NCBI GenBank assembly: GCA_020536535.1
Contig: JAHLWZ010000805.1
Location: forward strand, 70,071-134,070
Reading direction: 5' to 3'
Origin: Pelomyxa schiedti
Lineage: Eukaryota > Protista > Evosea
DNA: 64,000 nt
A model generated the notes under the pieces. That model saw only the letters and a program-made list of their open reading frames with translations, searched no databases and was not told where the DNA came from. Shown here piece by piece: positions 56,846 to 64,000 of this stretch. The translations under genes and the position numbers were made by a program. Position 1 is the stretch's first letter, and the number at the start of each line of letters is the position of its first letter.

Positions 56846-59800
56846 ATGCAACACGACGGCAGCGGTTTGGGCACGAACACGAAAAACGACGGGTGCGAGC
56901 GCAACAGCGATGGCGATCCCACGGCGTCTTGTGGTGGCATTGCAGTTCCAACTTATGGGACGTTGCCGACGCCGCCCCCTCCGCAACAACAACAGCAACA
57001 GCAACAGCAGCAGCAGAGCGACGCGCCGGCCCCCCCTGTGATCGCGAGATCGAATCCCGGCGGAGGCGACGACATTTCGGTCGTCGTCGACGCGTCAATG
57101 AGCGCGCGGCAAGACATTCCAATGCAAATACAACAGCAGCAACACCATCAACTACAACAACAACAACAACAAAATCAACAGATACAGCAGCAGCAACAAA
57201 TTGGGTGCGAAGTCGGCGATGAATTATTAGATGGGAATCAGAGGCGGCTGAGTGTGCCTGGATGTCTGAATTTGGACAACTCGAACCCCAGCAGGACTGC
57301 GTCCAATTTAAATGTGGTTGTGGCTACAACTTCAACTCAGGCAACATCATCTAGCAATGGAAACGACTTTATAGGTACTTAAAGTACCTTTAACCAAAAA
57401 AAAAAAAAAAAAAAAAAGCTATGTTCTTACCCTTCTTATGCACTCCAAAAGTTATACCATCACCTAAGCCCAATCTCTCTGACCAATCTCTGGCAATGTA
57501 TGTTCCCCAACCCGACCAAGGGAACACACTTCAAGACAGGGACCTTGTTCCAGCACAGCTGCGTACGTTTTCCACCCAATTCTGGTTTGAAATGTCACAA
57601 CGCCTAAAAGTTAGTCTGGCTGAGAATATAGTTGAAAACGTGTCAGATCAAATTGGTAATCCACAGCCACTGTGTGGTAATGAGGCTGTGCAACCTCCAA
57701 ATAAACGAATCAAGGTTACTCATCAGAAGCAAGCCTTTTCAGTGAACCAACCACTGACACCACCTGCACAGAATATACCAACACCCCCCACTTCTACTGC
57801 GCAGCTTTTTGAAACCGTTTTTCAAGTAGCATCACTCCTCAATTTACTACAATCTTCCCAGACACAACTCCAGTCCCCCCAGCAGTTGCAACAGCTGCAT
57901 CACCATTTGCAAAGTAATACACATCAACAATGTCTATCATTCCCTACAGCTGGAACGCAACCTCCAACCCAGCAACCACAATCCCACTTTCAGCAATATC
58001 AGCAACATGTACAACCACCAGTACAACATTGCCTCTCACAACCTCTCCCACAACCCCAAGTATTGCAGCAATTGCATCAACAAATTATACAGCAGCAAGC
58101 TCAGCAGCAAATACAACAATGGCTTTTGCAAGGAACACAAGCACCACTTTTGCACCCATCTCAATCAGGGAACATCCCACTTCAGCCATCTACTAATCAA
58201 CTGCAGCCAGCTTCATCATCCATTACATCACCAAAATCTGATAAGGTACGTATCATTACTCCATGCCAGTGTCTTAGGTTTTTTTTTTTTGAAAAAAAAA
58301 AGCAAGATATTGAAGGCTTACAACGTGTTGTTGCAGATTTGGGTGTTGCTATCCAAAGCTTTAAGTCAGGTTGCTCCCAGCTTTTGTCCTTGTACCTTCT
58401 GAAAGGAAATTTAGTTCTTGTTACAATATCACCAGAACTTTTAAAATTGCGATCATTTCTCGAGCATAATGCACCAATACCGGCTTCTACTCAGAGTCCC
58501 ACACCTAATTCACATTTCCATACAGCCACAACATCCACCAGCACACAACCTTCAACAATAGTTTCTATTCATCAATCCCCTCCACCCCTTTCTTCTTCCC
58601 CTCCGCCAAGCCCTCTTCCCACAAGGAACCAGCAAAGTCATTTACAGCGGACTTCTTCATCACCTGCATCCATCTCACATTCACAGCAATATGTCTATCC
58701 TTCCAACCAATCACAAACTCAATTCCAGTCTCCCAGCTCCAGTCGTTCTCTTGGCATTTTATATTCTCAAAACACACAGGTTAGTTTTTGCCACTACTAA
58801 AAAAACAAGTCCTCTGATATATCTTCAGATAAAAGACACAGTTATCACTGGACCAATTTTTTGCATTGGTCGCTCCTCAAAGTGTCACTTAGTTTTATCT
58901 GATACTGGGCTCAGTAGCACAGTGTGCAAAATTTTTATGGTAGGCGCCATCTTTGGGGATTGCACCAGCCAATTCCTTTTTAGAAAGAAAATATGACTGT
59001 GCTTGAGTGCACTGGAAACTCTGGTCACGTTGTTGTTGATGGTAAGGATATACCCAAAGGTTACCAAGTGTGCCTCTTCAATGGTACTGAAATGACCCTG
59101 TCTGGAGTGAACAAAACCTCCTATGTATTGCTCCCTCTTTTATGGGAACTATTAATGAAATTCTTCTGCAGATGGTTTCTTTGAACCAGAATTCATCTAT
59201 AACGCCGAGCTCCCCACAAACTAAACATACTGTAAACCAACAAGTAAGTCCGACAACTATTTCAACACAACAACATCTCCATCCTGGAAGCATGTTATCA
59301 GAGAATCAAGGAAAATCTCGTAAACAAGTGCACCAACATGTTCACACTCATGGTCACTCACACCCACATTCACACCAAATGACCTCAGTCCAAATACAGT
59401 CGCCACAGCCCATGACACCTACCCAGATATCTCACCAATCCACTGACAGGTAATAACCTTTGCCTTTTTTTTGAGCTAATTCTCCAAGTTCCTTAGAAAA
59501 TACAATTCCCGCACAATTAGTCCCATTGCACCTATCCCAGACCCAGCAATTTCACAACACTGGGTGCCCACATGCACAAGCACACCAGTCTGTCCCACAA
59601 CAAAGTCCCACTCAAGCAACCCCAGACCCTCCCCAACTTCAAAATAATAACTTAAGCATTTCACCCCCCAGTTTCCAGGAAATTGGTGATGTTGTTGTGG
59701 ATGCACCACCTACACCACCATCTCCATCACAGGGATCTCCCTCTTCTACAACAACACCTTCAACTCTCTCAACTTCACCAAGCACAGGCCAAAATGTAGC

Positions 59801-62800
59801 ACAGCCAGTTGTTGTCACACCTGTGACTTCAGGAATACCTGCAACCATGAAAGAATTATATCATACTTACCTTACCGGGTTAGTGAAGAAACCAGATACC
59901 AATGTGAACTTGGACAATTTTGAATATTGGTTAAGGTGTGTGCCTTTATTTGCGCCAACACCAAATGGAAAAAATAGCGATGACACAAAACAAATCCTTC
60001 TCAACTGTGGGTTTATGTTTCTGGGTACACCTCAATACACACAATTTGTATCAGAAATCCCCTCTGTTGGTAACCGACTTCTCTTTCAAGGACCCCCAGG
60101 TAGACAACACCTTTGTAGGGGTATACTAACTATATAAAGGAACTGAATTGTACCAGTACTTCCTTGCACAGGCACTGGCATCACATTACCAAGCATCATT
60201 TATCGCCATTGATTCCAAAATACTTGACTTCTACAATGGTAAGTGTCTTGAGTCTGTACCCCTAGTTCAGGAATTGCACAGCAACCCAAGGGTCTGAGTC
60301 GCAACTACTTCCTCATCAAGCATTGCCTCGAGCACCGTCGAATACAATGTCACATTTAGCAAGCTTGGTTGCGCCCCTGTTGGGGCTTACTGATCAGCTC
60401 GATGAATCAAATGGTTTTTTTGCATTTTAATCATTTTTCTTTTTAAATTGTCCATAGAAGATTTCTGTGTTGATCCCAATGATGATGATTTCAGTGATTC
60501 AGAGACTATCGTCAAGCCAGTTGCAAGACTCCCCTCTTCACCACAAGCTCCACAACAAACACCAGGAAGCAAAATGAAATTTAAGAAAAGTATGTGAAAG
60601 CAAAACTTTACAGCAGTCTCACGCCAACTAGATGATAGGGTACGATATGTTGGACCAAGCGTCACTGCTCCCTCCTCAGTGTCACCCACTGTTTGCATCT
60701 CTCCCCAACCAGCCGTTCCTGGAACTGCAACACTTCCTTCATCCTTGCAATCTATCTCCAACCAAGGTTCTAGTTCACTCTCTTTTGTATGAGTAAACTG
60801 GCATAAGGGATGACGCCATCGTCCATTTCAAGAGAGAGAATAGCAGCACTTTTTAAATATCCAAGCCTGTCAACACCTTCTGTGGGACCTCAAATGGGAT
60901 CACGAGGGAGTATGTTGCATATGATCAGGAAAACCTAATTACCAAACTACATTAAGAGGTTGTCATACCATTTGATGAAGGAACTGGTTCACCCCATAAA
61001 GTGGGTGTAGAGTTTGATAAAGCAATTCCTGGTGGCCTAACATTCAATGGGCTTTCCCCTGATGGTATTGCATTTTTATTTATGTTTTGTTAGACTTTTT
61101 ACTGATGAAAAACTGGATTAGGGCGGGGCTTTTTCGTTGAGCCACAACACCTTGTCCTTGAGAGTGATACCTCTTCAGAAGATTTAACTATGTACGTTTT
61201 TTCAACTTATTCCAAAATTTGATGTCGAGCTTTTAAGTGAGATACTATTTGAAGTTCTCAAAGAAAATACACCTTGTGTCCTCTATATCAAGTAAGTTGC
61301 AGTACAATCTTTTGTCAGATTGACTAACGGAAGAATAAAAGGAATGCTGAACGCACCATCCTGGCATCTGCACCCAGAATCTCTGCTTTCAAACGGGAAA
61401 TCACCAAAATGTCCAAGTCTGATTCCCAAGCAATTGTTATCGGTATAGGCCTGAGTAGTGAATTACAAGCATGACTAAGTTTAGGTTCCTCTACTGGTGG
61501 AAATAGCTCTACCATTGGTAGTAAGCATCCTTCCTCATTCCTTTTTTCGAAAGGACACACATCTCCAGCTCTTATAGACTTCTCCTTTTTGGATCACCTA
61601 CGACCTGGTCATACCACAAGTTCTCCATCAAGTGGTGTTGTAAATGGTCTCTCGTCAGTCACTGCGGGTACCCTGAGTGGCCTAGGAAGTGGAGGAGCAA
61701 GTACCTCCATATTCCTTCCAGCTGACAGATTACTCCCACCTCAAATACGACGTGGCAAGTTTCTTTCTGCACTGTTACCAAACAGAGTATTGCTTTCACC
61801 CCCAAAAGACTCTGGACAGGTTCTTTTCCTTCCCTTTTTTTTCAAGAAAAACCAACAATTTTTAGTTGGCACAATGGAAACAATGCATTGAAAGGGATAT
61901 TGGATATGTGCACCTAATGAACAACTGGACTAACTTGACCACTGTTTTGAAACACAATTCCGTTCTCTGTAATGAACAGGAAATTGATGAAGAGTTACTG
62001 CGTAAAGAGGTATATTGAAAGCTAATTATTTGTTGTCACCGTTGTAGACATTCTCGTTGGACTTAATAGAAAAATTCATTGGTACGGCTGTGGGTAACCA
62101 TTTACGTTCAACAGCATCACATCTACTTATTTTGGCACCTGAAAATAAACTGTGCTTGCCTCCAAAGGAAATCGAGAATGTTATTCGGCAACATCTTTCA
62201 TCAGAGCCTGACTCTCGACGGGTATGTTCCCCTTTCAAAGTAGTTTAATTGGACAAAGAAATCTCTTTTGAAAGTGGAGCTTGAAAACGAATTTGAAAAA
62301 AGGGTTCTTAGTGATGTTATTCCTCCCGAAGAAGTTAATCTTTCCTTTGATGGTGTGCCTTCATTTTGTTGCCACACTCATATTCTATAAGATGTTGGAG
62401 CATTAGAAGATGTCAAGGAGGCGCTGAAGGAACTTGTAATGTTACCACTACAGAGACCTGAACTTTTCCGAAAGGCAACAATTCCCAGAATTGTTCTCTT
62501 ATTGACGTGTATTTCAGGGCAATTTAACAAAACCTTGCAAGGGTACATATCTCCATCACTCATTTCCTAACTAATCTTAACAGGAATTTTGCTTTTTGGG
62601 CCACCGGGAACAGGTTTGTTTTATCTCACTCCCACTATGATCTGAAATGTCACTAGGTAAAACTATGCTTGCAAAAGCTGTGGCAACCGAGTCTCATGCC
62701 AACTTCATCAATATCCTTTCTTTTAGTTCATTCCCGTTCCTTTCAATTTCCCTCCTTAACACGTTTTACATGTAACAATGGCAGGTATAGCCAGTAAATG

Positions 62801-63763
62801 GTTTGGTGAAGGAGAGAAATATGTTAAAGCTGTATTTACTTTAGCTTCCAAAATTGCACCCAGTGTAATCTTTATAGATGAAGTGGACAGGTTTAATGAC
62901 TACTCTTCACTTTGAAAATAACGTTAAACAATACCAGCATTCTGGGGAAACGGCAACACCACGAACATGAAGCTATGCGAAAAATTAAGAATGAGTTTAT
63001 GTCGATGTGGGATGGGTTGCGTACCAAACAAACAGAGCGCGTTCTGGTTCTTGCTGCCACCAATCGCCCATTTGATTTGGATGATGCAGTCCTGCGCAGG
63101 CTCAATAGGCGACTTTTAGTTGATTTACCAAATGCACAAAATCGTTCCAAGATACTCAAAGTGGTATGTTCATTGTACAACTTCTAAATGTAGAGTTATA
63201 AGCTAAACAGCCTTGCAGATTCTGCAGGGTGAAGATTTAGAACCCGGATTTGACATCAATGCTATAGCATCTATGACGGAAGGTTTTTCCGGAAGCGACC
63301 TCAAAAATTTGTGTGTGATGGCAGCCTACCAGCCAATACGCGAAATCTTGAAACAAGAGCGAGCACTTAAAGTTTTCTCACTTTTCCCCTATTCCACTCT
63401 TACCAGTAACAGAGTTCCAATGAAACATCACCAGATGGTACGACGAATCCCACAGCTTCTTCCACACCAACCTCCGATTCCACACTCACACCTGTGCATA
63501 CTACCACCACAACTACTACACCTTGCACTAGCACACCAACCAGTCAACCACCCACGCTTAAAAGTGTCACCTCAACTCCAACCACAACCGCATCATCAAC
63601 CCAGCGGCCTCTTACTATCTCTGACTTTGAGAAGACACTCAAAGTAGTCACTAGCTCAGTCAACCAGGATGCCGCTTCATTAACTGACCTACACAAATGG
63701 AATGACATGTATGGGGACAACAGGTCAAACAAACACGGCCAACTGCTCTCGTACTTTGTATGA
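56846..63763 (+). CDS. FHA-domain AAA+ ATPase (Msp1/ATAD1-related, plant long-form type)
   Basis: FHA-like FCIGRSSKCHLVL...GHVVVDG; Walker A ILLFGPPGTGKT; SKWFGEGEKYVKAVF; Walker B IFIDEVD; HEAMRKIKNEFMSMWDGLRT; LAATNRPFDLDDAVLRR; C-terminal WNDMYG...LSYFV*. Confidence 0.9.
62475..62517 (+). other. GC-AG intron, 43 nt, in the AAA ATPase gene
   Basis: AAG|GCAACA...TTTCAG|GGC; removal restores PELFRK-GNLTKPCKG. Confidence 0.75.
62711..62769 (+). other. U12-type (minor spliceosome) AT-AC intron, 59 nt
   Basis: 5' splice site ATATCCTTT, branch site TCCTTAAC (62753-62760), 3' end TTTTAC. Removal restores the conserved ANFIN-VTM-x3-SKWFGEGEK. Confidence 0.9.
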
Positions 63764-64000
63764 CTTGGTTACACTGCAACCACAACTCCAGGGCAAGTCT
63801 AGCGACTTGACTCCACAAAATACAAGAAACCTTAAACATCCAAGAATAAAACCTTTCAATTCTTTGCGTGTTTGTTTGTTGTGTGTTGTGAACTGCTGCT
63901 TTTGTTGGGTCATACTCACACATATCCCATAAAACACCAAAGTGGGATTCGTCGTACCATCTGGTGATGTTTCATTGGAACTCTGTTACTGGTAAGAGTG

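Noticed and set aside
1-64000. CRISPR arrays, tRNA/rRNA genes, transposase or reverse-transcriptase ORFs, stop-codon reassignment
   Set aside because: None were seen. In-frame stops in conserved genes are explained by short introns, and the CCHC knuckles are not accompanied by gag/pol domains or LTRs.

Overview
This is a gene-dense, intron-rich eukaryotic window in the standard genetic code, with introns mostly about 25-65 nt and intergenic spacers mostly under 500 bp. The six-frame ORFs are exon fragments, so I assembled gene models by hand from GT-AG signals; gene ends are approximate. An amoebozoan, possibly an archamoeba, is my inference: two receptor kinases carry the Entamoeba-TMK-type juxtamembrane domain, and there is a myristoylated, PH-less PKB-like kinase. 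About 23 protein genes and one U2 snRNA gene are recognisable. In order: YeiH/UPF0324 transporter, AIG1/FAR-17a protein, SAC3/THP3 (LENG8-like), an unresolved small gene, membrane-anchored bacterial-type alpha/beta-hydrolase, two tandem EGF/CUB receptor kinases, RING protein, MATE, glycogen debranching enzyme, c-type-like lysozyme, ARV1, zinc-knuckle/DDX10 helicase, AGC kinase, coiled-coil/propeller protein, BCL7-motif protein, GINS Sld5, U2 snRNA, LAG1 ceramide synthase, hypothetical protein, NT-C2/coiled-coil/DIL protein, ApoL-like protein, 4-helix-bundle/EF-hand/ricin-B protein, and an FHA-AAA ATPase. The most notable observations are: (1) an adjacent, co-oriented ApoL-like gene and an MLKL-N-like/Cbl-EF/ricin-lectin gene, a candidate membrane-lytic defence pair; (2) a clear U12-type AT-AC intron plus two GC-AG introns; (3) unusual fusions (5xCCHC-DDX10 with DECD; RING plus a bacterial-type domain; multi-TM plus bacterial lipase); (4) sharply bounded GC3/CpG-rich islands, some in gene interiors. 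No database search was run; family assignments come from motif recognition.
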